From assembly GCA_034440455.1 (NCBI GenBank), contig JAWXCB010000066.1, forward strand, positions 2,807 through 66,806: a stretch of DNA of 64,000 nucleotides, given 5' to 3'. Positions 9,126 through 17,413 of this stretch are shown one piece after another. Numbering within the stretch: the stretch's first letter is position 1; every line of letters begins with the position of its first letter. Under the pieces are notes generated by a model, which was not told the DNA's origin, searched no databases, and saw only the letters and a program-made list of their open reading frames with translations. The DNA comes from Chitinophagales bacterium (lineage in GTDB: Bacteria > Bacteroidota > Bacteroidia > Chitinophagales > CAIOSU01). A program made the position numbers and the translations under genes.

Positions 9126-9958
9126 AGGAACAATTTCAACTTTGTTTACTTGAAGGTTTTGACCGTTGCGGTTCCTCCATGATTGCGCGGGTTCTCTCCT
9201 TGCATCCTGAAGTGAATTTAATTTTCCAGCCGTTCAACAGCACGGAAGTTTCAAAAACACAATGGCAACGATGGCAGGTAAATGAACAACATCCGCTGAC
9301 CGCGCAGTTCATTGAACATCTATTGAAGGGGGAAATAGACCACGATTATATTCAATCGGATTGGTTCAAGAATTACAGTAGTTCGCAACAGGTACAGCCG
9401 AAACTGAATCTGATTAAAGACACGAAATTTCATTTTAAAATTGACTGGCTGCAACACCATTTTCCGGCAGTAAGTGTCTATGGAATCTGGCGGCAACCTG
9501 AAGAAATTCTACATTCACTCGTACGTAATGGTTTTCACAAAACATGGTATGATTATCTAACACCGGAAATGCTGAACTGCGCTGTCGCATCGTATGAAAA
9601 CCTCTCACCGTATGCTCCTCTGCTGGAAAAAAATCTTGAAGATTATGAGGTGATTGCAATTGGCATAGCGCTTCGCACGGAAATTTTGCTTCTATCGGTT
9701 GTTCCGAAAAATTGGCTTGTATATGAAGATGTCATTACCCACCCGAATTTAATTTTGAATCAATTTCTCAGGCGGTTTAACTTGCCCTCGTTTGATTTCA
9801 GCAGTGCAATGCAAGAAGACTTTAATGTTGCCGGAAAGTTTTCAGCCGACAGAGTTTCTTGGAAAGATTTTTTTTCTTCTGCACAGCAACAAAAAATAGC
9901 AGCAATCCTTCAGCCTCTCAACCATCGCCCAATTCCCAAGACATTGATGAATGAATAA
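9122..9958 (+). CDS. sulfotransferase-family protein
   Basis: GFDRCGSSMIARVLSLHPEV fits the 5'-PSB loop, and GIWRQPEEILHSLV fits the 3'-PB motif (RxPxxxxxS). The GTG at 9122 overlaps the upstream stop (GTGA). The ORF track starts at 9098. Confidence 0.6.
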   Translation: MKEQFQLCLLEGFDRCGSSMIARVLSLHPEVNLIFQPFNSTEVSKTQWQRWQVNEQHPLTAQFIEHLLKGEIDHDYIQSDWFKNYSSSQQVQPKLNLIKDTKFHFKIDWLQHHFPAVSVYGIWRQPEEILHSLVRNGFHKTWYDYLTPEMLNCAVASYENLSPYAPLLEKNLEDYEVIAIGIALRTEILLLSVVPKNWLVYEDVITHPNLILNQFLRRFNLPSFDFSSAMQEDFNVAGKFSADRVSWKDFFSSAQQQKIAAILQPLNHRPIPKTLMNE

Positions 9959-10667
9959 GCAAAGCTGGTCGGTCGTCATCCCGTGTTACAATGAAAAAGG
10001 AACGCTCGAAGAGGTGGTTCAGCGCGTGAAAACCGTGCTTCAGCAAATCGCATCTGAGTTTGAAATCATCGTGATTAATGATGGCAGTAACGATGGCTCG
10101 AAAGAATTGATTGATACATTAGTAAAAGGAGATGCACATCTGCGCTGTATTCATCACCGCGAAAATCAAGGCTTAGGAACCGTGCTACGAAAAGGCTATT
10201 TCACAGCGCGTTTTGAAAATCTGATTTCCGTGCCGGGTGACGGGCAGTTTGATGTGCAGGAAATTATTCCATACGCGATTGTTCCGCAGAAAACTTTCAT
10301 CTCTTTTTACAGACAGGAAAACCTCACCTATTCTTTTTTTCGCAACAAACTTTCGTACTTCAATAAGTTCTTGAACAAAAAGCTCATCGGGCTTGATTTG
10401 AAGGATGTGAACTGGGCGCTTATTATTAAGCGTAATGAATTAGAAAACCTAAACCTCGAAATGAAAAGTACATTGATTAAAAGTGAAATCTGCGCCAAGA
10501 TGCAGTTGCTCGGCTATAAGCCCATTGAAGTTCAATCATATTACCACCCCCGCACGTATGGCGTCAGTAAAGGTTCTTCCCTTAAAATGATTGCGCAAGC
10601 CATAGCCGACCTGTGGCAACTTTCCGGTAGTGTAAGGAGATTCAGAAAAAAAGTGTCCAACCCCTGA
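9951..10667 (+). CDS. family 2 glycosyltransferase (polyprenol-phosphate sugar transferase-like)
   Basis: SVVIPCYNE...IIVINDGSNDGS and PGDGQFD motifs. There is an 8-nt overlap with the upstream gene. Confidence 0.8.
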   Translation: MNKQSWSVVIPCYNEKGTLEEVVQRVKTVLQQIASEFEIIVINDGSNDGSKELIDTLVKGDAHLRCIHHRENQGLGTVLRKGYFTARFENLISVPGDGQFDVQEIIPYAIVPQKTFISFYRQENLTYSFFRNKLSYFNKFLNKKLIGLDLKDVNWALIIKRNELENLNLEMKSTLIKSEICAKMQLLGYKPIEVQSYYHPRTYGVSKGSSLKMIAQAIADLWQLSGSVRRFRKKVSNP

Positions 10668-10730
10668 AACATTATCTTTTTCTATCCGTATCAGAGCGAG
10701 ATTTTGTAAACCATTTAAAAACTGAGAACT

Positions 10731-11234
10731 ATGAGAGGGATGAAAAACGTAATGCTATTCGTGCTGTTCGGGCTGATGGGCGTTTCTACAACCTTTGCGC
10801 AAGACGCAACCGTAACAACCGACAACGAACTTTCTACAATGACCAAAGGAATCAAGCAAGATTCCGGCTGGTTTGAGGATGAAGAAAATTATCACAAGAG
10901 CCTTGCTTTCAAAAAGCAGGTGGGCATTACGCAAGTTGCTACTGGCAGCGTGTTCCTACCTGCGGGGTTGACCATGATTGGTGTTGGGATGCACAAAATG
11001 AATGTTGCAGACCGCGAAGCTTCAAACGCTGAAACCGTAACGGAAGAAGCAATCATGGGCAGAAAAGCAGGCATCATCATGATTACTACGGGCAGTTTGA
11101 CAAGCGTTGCCGGTGCGTTGTTGATGATGAAGGGATTTGACACTATCAAAGAAATAAAAAATCGTAAGGGCGATGTGGTGGGCGAAGTTGGTTTATCCAA
11201 CTCCGGCATCATTGGCATGTCCATGAAATTTTAA
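10731..11234 (+). CDS. hypothetical secreted/membrane protein
   Basis: Signal peptide MLFVLFGLMGVSTTFAQ and two Gly-rich hydrophobic segments. No recognisable family. Confidence 0.4.
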   Translation: MRGMKNVMLFVLFGLMGVSTTFAQDATVTTDNELSTMTKGIKQDSGWFEDEENYHKSLAFKKQVGITQVATGSVFLPAGLTMIGVGMHKMNVADREASNAETVTEEAIMGRKAGIIMITTGSLTSVAGALLMMKGFDTIKEIKNRKGDVVGEVGLSNSGIIGMSMKF

Positions 11235-11255
11235 GGTTAGAAAAATGAAGAACGT

Positions 11256-11286
11256 AAAAAGGGCTGCACATGCAGCCCTTTTTATT
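11256..11286 (+). terminator. rho-independent terminator
   Basis: AAAAAGGGCTGCACATGCAGCCCTTTTTATTTT: a GC-rich palindromic stem followed by a T run. Confidence 0.55.
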
Positions 11287-11325
11287 TTAGTGCAGGTGTT
11301 CATTGAGAATATCTCAATTCATAGT

Positions 11326-11397
11326 GTCATGGCGGACTTGTTCCGCCATCCCCATGTAAATAATAAAGAGGGGATGCCGGAACAAGTCCGGCATGAC
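11326..11397. repeat. dual-hairpin inverted-repeat element (GTCATGSCGGACTTGTTCCGSCATCCCC family), clean copy
   Basis: GTCATGGCGGACTTGTTCCGCCATCCCC, a 16-nt spacer, then GGGGATGCCGGAACAAGTCCGGCATGAC. Confidence 0.8.
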
Positions 11398-11424
11398 AAT
11401 TTCACGACCTAATTTTGCCCCAGC

Positions 11425-12480
11425 ATGAATGAGGAAAGCAGAAAACAAATCGCGTGGTGGCTGCTTGTTGGCGTAGTGATGATCTATTTTCAAATCGTGA
11501 TTGGTGGCATCACGCGCCTTACAGGTTCGGGATTGTCTATCACAAAATGGGAAATAGTAACGGGCACTCTTCCTCCACTGAATGCTGAAAAGTGGAACAG
11601 CGAATTCGACCACTATAAAGCCACCCCGCAATATCACAAGCTCAACCACGGGATGTCGCTCTCTGAATTCAAATTCATTTATTTCTGGGAATATTTTCAC
11701 CGCCTGTGGGCGCGGCTTATGGGATTTGTATTCGCCATTCCGTTTGCGCTATTTCTTTTTCAGAAAAAACTATCCGCAGCCTTAGTCAAGAAATTAATCA
11801 TCCTGATATTGCTCGCGAGTCTTGTAGCATCGTTTGGCTGGATAATGGTGCAGAGCGGATTGGTGAACCGCCCGTGGGTGGATGCCTATAAACTTACAAT
11901 GCACCTTTCTCTTGCGCTCATCACCTATGGTTATCTGCTCTGGCTTTTCTTCTCCGTGTTTTTTGAAGAACAACAATTCACTTACAACAACGGTCTGAAA
12001 AAATTCTCGCACACATTACTGCTGCTCTTATCTTTTCAACTTGTTCTGGGCGGCTTGATGTCGGGAATGCGTGCGGGACTGCTCTATCCTACGTTTCCTG
12101 ATATGCACGGAAAATTTATTCCCGATGTGCTGCTCACCGTTTCCAACTGGTCGCTCGAATCATTCAAGCATTATGATTCCAACACGTTCGCTCCCACGCT
12201 TGTGCAGTTTTTGCATCGGATGACAGCGTACATTCTTGTTCTGTTCATTGTTGTTTTTTATTTCCGCGCAAAAAAATTCTTCTTGCAAAAACCGCTGAAT
12301 GTGGGTGTTGTAGTATTGGTGTTTCTTGTATTTGTGCAAGCGCTGCTTGGAATTCTTACCGTGTTGAATTTTGCAGGTGAAACGCCCGTGCTGCTGGGCG
12401 TGCTGCATCAGGCAGTCGGGATATTATTACTCACTGCCATGATGTGGGTGAATTTTTTTCTAAAAAAGCAGCCGGACTGA
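11425..12480 (+). CDS. ctaA: heme A synthase (COX15/CtaA family)
   Basis: 351-aa polytopic membrane protein. N-terminal GGITRLTGSGLSITKWE motif and conserved His in HRLWA / HRMTAY / LHQAVG. Confidence 0.85.
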   Translation: MNEESRKQIAWWLLVGVVMIYFQIVIGGITRLTGSGLSITKWEIVTGTLPPLNAEKWNSEFDHYKATPQYHKLNHGMSLSEFKFIYFWEYFHRLWARLMGFVFAIPFALFLFQKKLSAALVKKLIILILLASLVASFGWIMVQSGLVNRPWVDAYKLTMHLSLALITYGYLLWLFFSVFFEEQQFTYNNGLKKFSHTLLLLLSFQLVLGGLMSGMRAGLLYPTFPDMHGKFIPDVLLTVSNWSLESFKHYDSNTFAPTLVQFLHRMTAYILVLFIVVFYFRAKKFFLQKPLNVGVVVLVFLVFVQALLGILTVLNFAGETPVLLGVLHQAVGILLLTAMMWVNFFLKKQPD

Positions 12481-12491
12481 TTGCCTGAATG

Positions 12492-12995
12492 TCAGTGGTG
12501 GTGATGACCGCCTTCATGCACATGCCTGTGCGCTATCTCTTCGGGATGCGCAGCGCGCACTTCGATAATTTCTCCTGAAAAGAAAAGCGTTTTCCCGGCA
12601 AGCGGATGGTTCATATCAAACACCACTTCGGTTTCTGAGATAGACGTGACGCGCCCTTCAAACTGGTTGCCTTCCTGATCTTGCAATGGGATGACATTGC
12701 CCACGAAGAGCAACTGTTCCTGCGGCACGGGGCTGCCGGCAAACATTGCTTTGTCCACTTTCACGATTGCATTAAAATCATATTCTCCATAGCCTTCCTC
12801 AGCCGTTAATTCAAATTTGAACTGCTCGCCTGCGATCAGACCTTCAATGTTTTTTTCAAATTTTTCTAACAAGTTTCCATGCCCGTGCAGAAATGTCAGT
12901 GGATTGTCGCTTCCTGCGGTATCAAAGATTTCGCCCTGTGGCTCGGTTCTTAATTCATAAGTGATTTTAACTACGGTGTTAAAGGCTGCTTTCAT
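12492..12995 (-). CDS. slyD: FKBP-type peptidyl-prolyl isomerase, SlyD-like
   Basis: 167 aa. FKBP core with an insert-in-flap region and the His-rich tail HRHVHEGGHHHH. Confidence 0.85.
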   Translation of the reverse strand: MKAAFNTVVKITYELRTEPQGEIFDTAGSDNPLTFLHGHGNLLEKFEKNIEGLIAGEQFKFELTAEEGYGEYDFNAIVKVDKAMFAGSPVPQEQLLFVGNVIPLQDQEGNQFEGRVTSISETEVVFDMNHPLAGKTLFFSGEIIEVRAAHPEEIAHRHVHEGGHHHH

Positions 12996-13094
12996 AAAAT
13001 GAATTTCATTTTTTTGGGGTTCAAAAGTAGGGTTTTGGGTTGATTTCGGGTGAGGAATAACAACAGGTCGATCTTCCGAGGCAATAAAAAAAGA

Positions 13095-13523
13095 GGCTGC
13101 ATGACTGTAAGCCGGGTTCTGTTTCCCTGATTGCTCAGGGCTTCTATCATTTATCTGGGGCTGTAATCACTTACAGCCTCTATCAGCCAACCCCCTCCGG
13201 CATCCGCTTGCGCGAATTTGAGCGAGCCGCTCTGCCTGCCGAAACAGACCGGAGTATATTTGGCTTTTCAACTTGCAAGGTTTACCCCACCAGTGTGTTA
13301 CCACAACGATGCGTGAGCTTTTACCTCACGTTTTCACCTTTACCCACCGAAGCTTTAGCGAAGGCGGGCTTTACCAGCCTCGCAAAACTTCAACAGGCAG
13401 TTATTCTCTGTGGCACTCTCTGTATTCCGCTTGCGCGAAACCCCTGCCGTTAGCAGGTGCAACGCTCTTTGTTGCCCGGACTTTCCTCCCCGATTGCTCA
13501 AGGCGATAGAACATCATGCAGCC
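13095..13523 (-). ncRNA. rnpB: RNase P RNA (bacterial type A)
   Basis: The minus strand reads GGAGGAAAGTCCGGGC (plus 13474-13489) and ACAGAACCCGGCTTA (plus 13108-13122), the universal CR-I and CR-V motifs. A 10-bp P1 helix pairs GGCUGCAUGA (5' end, 13523-13514) with UCAUGCAGCC (3' end, 13104-13095). There are two GCAA-tetraloop hairpins. The ends are approximate. Confidence 0.85.
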
Positions 13524-13567
13524 ATATTTTCAAGGAACTGATTTAGAGGGCAAATCTAAATAGATAC

Positions 13568-13646
13568 CGTCATTCTGAGGGAGCGCAGCGACCGAAGAAT
13601 CTCACAAATAGGAAGAAGGAGATTCTTCGCTTCGCTCAGAATGACG
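13568..13646. repeat. inverted-repeat element CGTCATTCTGAG...GAAGAATCTC / GAGATTCTTC...CTCAGAATGACG
   Basis: ~33-nt arms around a 15-nt spacer. It shares the GTCAT...ATGAC termini with the dual-hairpin family. Confidence 0.7.
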
Positions 13647-13653
13647 AATCTAT

Positions 13654-14070
13654 TTACTTAAACACCACTTCCGTTGCGCCACCCTGCCGCGCTTTATCTT
13701 CCAGCAGGCGATAGTTTTTCACTGCGGGATGGTGCTTTAAATATTTCTCCACTGCGGCTTTCAGTTTTCCTGCGCCTTTGCCGTGAATCACTTCGATTTT
13801 GTGGTTGCCATTTGCGATGGCGCGGTTGATTTGTTTTTCCAAATGCTGGAGTTGCGCGTCTAATTTTTCGCTGTCAGCAAGCAGGTCATAATCGCGGGAA
13901 GTTTCATCAAGGTGCAAGTCAACTTTTGCGGAATGTTTTTTTGAAATTCGTTGCGCGTCTTTATCACTCGTGCCGCCCAGCATGAAATGGCGAATAAGGT
14001 CGGTGTCAATCTTCTCGCTCTTATTTTCAGACTTCTTTGACATCAGGGCAAATTTAAACTTGTAGCTCAT
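13654..14070 (-). CDS. Smr-domain protein
   Basis: The C-terminal ~80 aa (KIEVIHGKGAGKLKAAVEKYLKHHP...) fit the Smr domain. The N-terminal half is Lys/Ser-rich. Confidence 0.7.
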   Translation of the reverse strand: MSYKFKFALMSKKSENKSEKIDTDLIRHFMLGGTSDKDAQRISKKHSAKVDLHLDETSRDYDLLADSEKLDAQLQHLEKQINRAIANGNHKIEVIHGKGAGKLKAAVEKYLKHHPAVKNYRLLEDKARQGGATEVVFK

Positions 14071-14124
14071 GCAATTGAAACCATTCCTTACTCTTGTTGT
14101 TTATTGACGTAAATTGAAACTGCA

Positions 14125-15216
14125 ATGCTGGGTTATCATTTTTCCAAATTCATCCCCAATCCCGAAGGACAATCACCATTTGACAAGCTGTTGAATTTGT
14201 TCAAAGAGATGCTCGTTTACACATCAGGCGATGTGCAGGAAGCGCTTAGTTGGCTCAATGAAGTGGACAAAGAATACAAGCTCACCAAGGATGAGTATGG
14301 TATGGGTGACTTTATTGAAGATTTGAAGAAGGAGGGCTACATCAAAGAAAACGAGCAGGGTGAGTTTAAAATCACTTCTAAAACTGAGCAGACGATTCGC
14401 CAGAGTGCGCTCGAAGATGTGTTCGGCAAACTCCGCAAAACACGCAAAGGAAGTCACAGCACACCTTATACAGGTGTAGGCGATGAACAGGGCACTGACC
14501 GCAGACCATACGCATTTGGTGATTCGCTTGACCAGATTTCCGCTACCGACAGCATTCGCAATGCGCAAATCAATCAGGGCATCGGCAGCTTTTCGCTTAC
14601 TGAAAACGATTTGGAAATCATCGAAAAGGAAAATAAGTCGCAGGTGAGTACAGTGATGATGATTGACATTTCGCACAGCATGATTCTCTATGGCGAAGAC
14701 AGGATTACTCCTGCGAAAAAAGTGGCGATGGCATTAGCGGAGTTGATTACAACTAAATATCAAAAAGACACACTCGACATCATCGTGTTTGGTGATGATG
14801 CCTGGCAAATCGAAATCAAGGACTTGCCGTATTTACAAGTGGGTCCCTACCACACTAACACAGTTGCTGGTCTTGAACTCGCCATGGATATTTTGCGCAG
14901 GCGCAAAAATCCAAACAAGCAAATCTTCATGGTGACGGATGGCAAGCCCACGTGTATGAAAGAAGGTGGGCGTTATTATAAAAACAGTTTTGGTCTTGAC
15001 CGCAAAATCATCAACAAAACATTGACGCTCGCCAAATCATGCAGGCGTTTAAAGATGCCTATCACTACCTTCATGCTTGCCCGTGACCCGCATTTACAAC
15101 GGTTTGTGCGCGAGTTCACGGAAACCAACCACGGCAGGGCGTTCTATACCAGCCTGAAAGGGTTAGGTGAATATATTTTTGAGGATTACGAAAGGAATAA
15201 AAAGAAATGGATTTGA
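14125..15216 (+). CDS. VWA-domain protein (CoxE-like)
   Basis: MIDAS DxSxS motif in MMIDISHSM, and a later FMVTDGKPT segment. Confidence 0.75.
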   Translation: MLGYHFSKFIPNPEGQSPFDKLLNLFKEMLVYTSGDVQEALSWLNEVDKEYKLTKDEYGMGDFIEDLKKEGYIKENEQGEFKITSKTEQTIRQSALEDVFGKLRKTRKGSHSTPYTGVGDEQGTDRRPYAFGDSLDQISATDSIRNAQINQGIGSFSLTENDLEIIEKENKSQVSTVMMIDISHSMILYGEDRITPAKKVAMALAELITTKYQKDTLDIIVFGDDAWQIEIKDLPYLQVGPYHTNTVAGLELAMDILRRRKNPNKQIFMVTDGKPTCMKEGGRYYKNSFGLDRKIINKTLTLAKSCRRLKMPITTFMLARDPHLQRFVREFTETNHGRAFYTSLKGLGEYIFEDYERNKKKWI

Positions 15217-15363
15217 TGATATGCTAATGTGCCGATATGCCGATGCAGCGATTCGGAAAGTCCCCCTTGCGCACAGGCATTGCGTATATGCGAAGGGGGC
15301 TGCGCAAGCCACGAGCGTTTGCGGGGGGATGATGATTCGATAATTAAAAATGAAATAACTGAA

Positions 15364-16896
15364 ATGGAAAAAACTGTAATACAAAAACTGACTTCAATCA
15401 AAACTCTCGGAGAGTTGAAACGCTCAGGCTATCGCACGCGCACGATTAAAGATGAACTGCGTGAAAATCTTATCACGCATCTCAAAGGGAAGAAGCCGAT
15501 GTTTAGGGGTGTGCTCGGTTTCGACACGACTGTTATTCCGGATATTCAGCGCGCACTGCTTTCGCGCCACAATATGATTTTGCTCGGCTTGCGCGGACAA
15601 GCAAAGACACGCATCGCGCGCCAAATGACGCATCTGCTTGATGAGTATATTCCGGTAGTGGAAGGCTCCGAATTGAATGACGACCCGTTTCATCCCATTT
15701 CAAAATATGCCCGCGACCTTCTTGCTGAGAAAGGAGATGAAACGCCAATCGCGTGGCTGCACCGCGAGGAGCGTTATGCTGAAAAGCTCGCCACGCCAGA
15801 TGTTTCCGTGGCTGATTTAATAGGTGATGTTGACCCGATTCGCGCTGCGAATTTGAAACTCTCTTATGCCGATGAGCGTGTGATTCACTACGGATTGATT
15901 CCCCGTTCGAACCGCTGCATTTTTGTGATTAATGAATTGCCTGATTTGCAGCCGCGCATCCAGGTTTCGTTGTTTAACATTTTGCAGGAAGGCGATATTC
16001 AGATTCGTGGATTCAAGTTGCGCTTGCCGTTAGACATTCAGTTTGTATTCACTGCCAATCCGGAAGATTACACCAATCGCGGTTCAATAGTTACTCCGCT
16101 GAAAGACCGTATCGAAAGCCAAATCCTTACGCACTACCCAAAAGACATTGAAACCTCAAAGAAGATTACTGTTCAGGAAGTGCGCTCGCACGAAGCGCAG
16201 AAGTCTGCGGTGAAATACAACGATTTGATTTTAAACCTGAATGAGCAAATTGCAGTTGAAGCACGCAAAAGCGAATACGTGGATAAGAAAAGCGGAGTGT
16301 CAGCACGGCTCACCATTTCTTCTTTTGAAAATCTCCTGAGCGCAGCCGAAAGGCGTACGTTGCTGAACAATGAAGCAGAAACATTTGTGCGCATGAGTGA
16401 TTTCTGGGGCGTGGTTCCTGCTATCACAGGGAAGATTGAACTCGTATATGAAGGCGAGCAGGAAGGACCGATGATAGTGGCGCAAAATCTTATCAGCAAA
16501 GCAATCAGGACATTGTTTGTTCAGCATTTTCCCGACCCGGGAAAATTGAAAAAACAAAAACAGGAGAATCCCTATCGGAAAATTGGAGATTGGTTTGGCT
16601 CAGGAAATTCGATTGATTTAATGATGGACATTCCGGCAAAGCAATATGCCGCTGAGTTGAAAAAAGTGGTAGGGCTTGAAGAAGTCGTTAACAAATTTTA
16701 TCCCGATACGAAAGGCGATGAGAAACTTTTTTTGATGGAGTTTGTGTTGCATGGCTTGGCAGAACATTCGTTGTTAAGTAAATACATGCTGGAAGCGGGC
16801 ATACAATTTAAAGATGTGCTGGGCGCTATGTTCACCGGAAAGACAACTGATTTTGATAAGGAAGATGATTTTAATGATGAAGAGTTCAATAATTAA
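15364..16896 (+). CDS. ChlI/BchI/MoxR-like AAA+ ATPase (often annotated as magnesium chelatase or sigma-54-interaction-domain protein)
   Basis: LLGLRGQAKTR (deviant Walker A), CIFVINELPDL (Walker B-like) and FVFTANPEDYTNRGSIVTPLKDR. ATG 15364 is preferred; the ORF-track extension from 15229 runs through a hairpin-rich spacer. Confidence 0.7.
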   Translation: MEKTVIQKLTSIKTLGELKRSGYRTRTIKDELRENLITHLKGKKPMFRGVLGFDTTVIPDIQRALLSRHNMILLGLRGQAKTRIARQMTHLLDEYIPVVEGSELNDDPFHPISKYARDLLAEKGDETPIAWLHREERYAEKLATPDVSVADLIGDVDPIRAANLKLSYADERVIHYGLIPRSNRCIFVINELPDLQPRIQVSLFNILQEGDIQIRGFKLRLPLDIQFVFTANPEDYTNRGSIVTPLKDRIESQILTHYPKDIETSKKITVQEVRSHEAQKSAVKYNDLILNLNEQIAVEARKSEYVDKKSGVSARLTISSFENLLSAAERRTLLNNEAETFVRMSDFWGVVPAITGKIELVYEGEQEGPMIVAQNLISKAIRTLFVQHFPDPGKLKKQKQENPYRKIGDWFGSGNSIDLMMDIPAKQYAAELKKVVGLEEVVNKFYPDTKGDEKLFLMEFVLHGLAEHSLLSKYMLEAGIQFKDVLGAMFTGKTTDFDKEDDFNDEEFNN

Positions 16897-17410
16897 AACA
16901 GGGACATTGTTTGTTGATAGAGGGTTGATGCCTTTTCTATTTTTATTACTCACATTCAGTTTCGTGTCATCCGCTCAGATTGTCCCTGTTCTTACCTTCG
17001 ATGTATTTCAAAAGCATCTTCAGCCCGCCAATGATAACGACACTGTTTATGTCATCAACTTCTGGGCTACATGGTGCAAGCCGTGTGTTGAAGAACTGCC
17101 TGCATTTGAAAAGCTCAATGAAACCTACGCAAATCAAAAAGTAAAAGTGCTGCTCGTGAGCATTGATTTCAGAAGCCAGTATGAAAAGCAGGTTGTTCCG
17201 TTTGTACAAAAGAACAAACTCAAATCACAGGTCATGCTTATGGACGCGCAAGGCGATAACGATTTCATAGACAAAGTGAATCCAGCATGGCAGGGTACAA
17301 TTCCCGCAACGACTGTCATTCAGGCAAGTTCCAAGACAAATAAGTTCTACGAAAAGCAATTCACTTTCGAGGAATTGGAAAATATTATTCAACCACTTAT
17401 AAAAAAGTAA
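16874..17410 (+). CDS. TlpA-like thiol:disulfide oxidoreductase (thioredoxin fold)
   Basis: VINFWATWCKPCVEELP (WCxPC active site) and a signal peptide ending SSAQ. The start is ambiguous (16865, 16874, 16877 or 16928). Confidence 0.7.
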   Translation: MMKSSIIKTGTLFVDRGLMPFLFLLLTFSFVSSAQIVPVLTFDVFQKHLQPANDNDTVYVINFWATWCKPCVEELPAFEKLNETYANQKVKVLLVSIDFRSQYEKQVVPFVQKNKLKSQVMLMDAQGDNDFIDKVNPAWQGTIPATTVIQASSKTNKFYEKQFTFEELENIIQPLIKK

Positions 17411-17413
17411 ATC

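Noticed and set aside
11314-11700. 128-aa minus-strand ORF ending ...AEQVRHDTMN
   Set aside because: It overlaps the ctaA 5' end in antisense, and its C-terminus is a translation of the dual-hairpin repeat. The same artefact produces the 32-codon N-terminal extension of ORF 40803-41288 and ORF 54653-54907.
13208-13509. Two ORFs of ~80 aa (13208-13453 and 13273-13509)
   Set aside because: They lie entirely within the RNase P RNA gene on the opposite strand.
15229-15363. 45-codon N-terminal extension of the ATPase ORF (MPICRCSDSESPP...)
   Set aside because: The region is Cys/Arg-rich and hairpin-forming (CCCCCTTGCGCA...TGCGAAGGGGG), and contains a GATGATTCGATAAT stutter word. The ATG at 15364, followed by a conserved-looking N-terminus, is more plausible.
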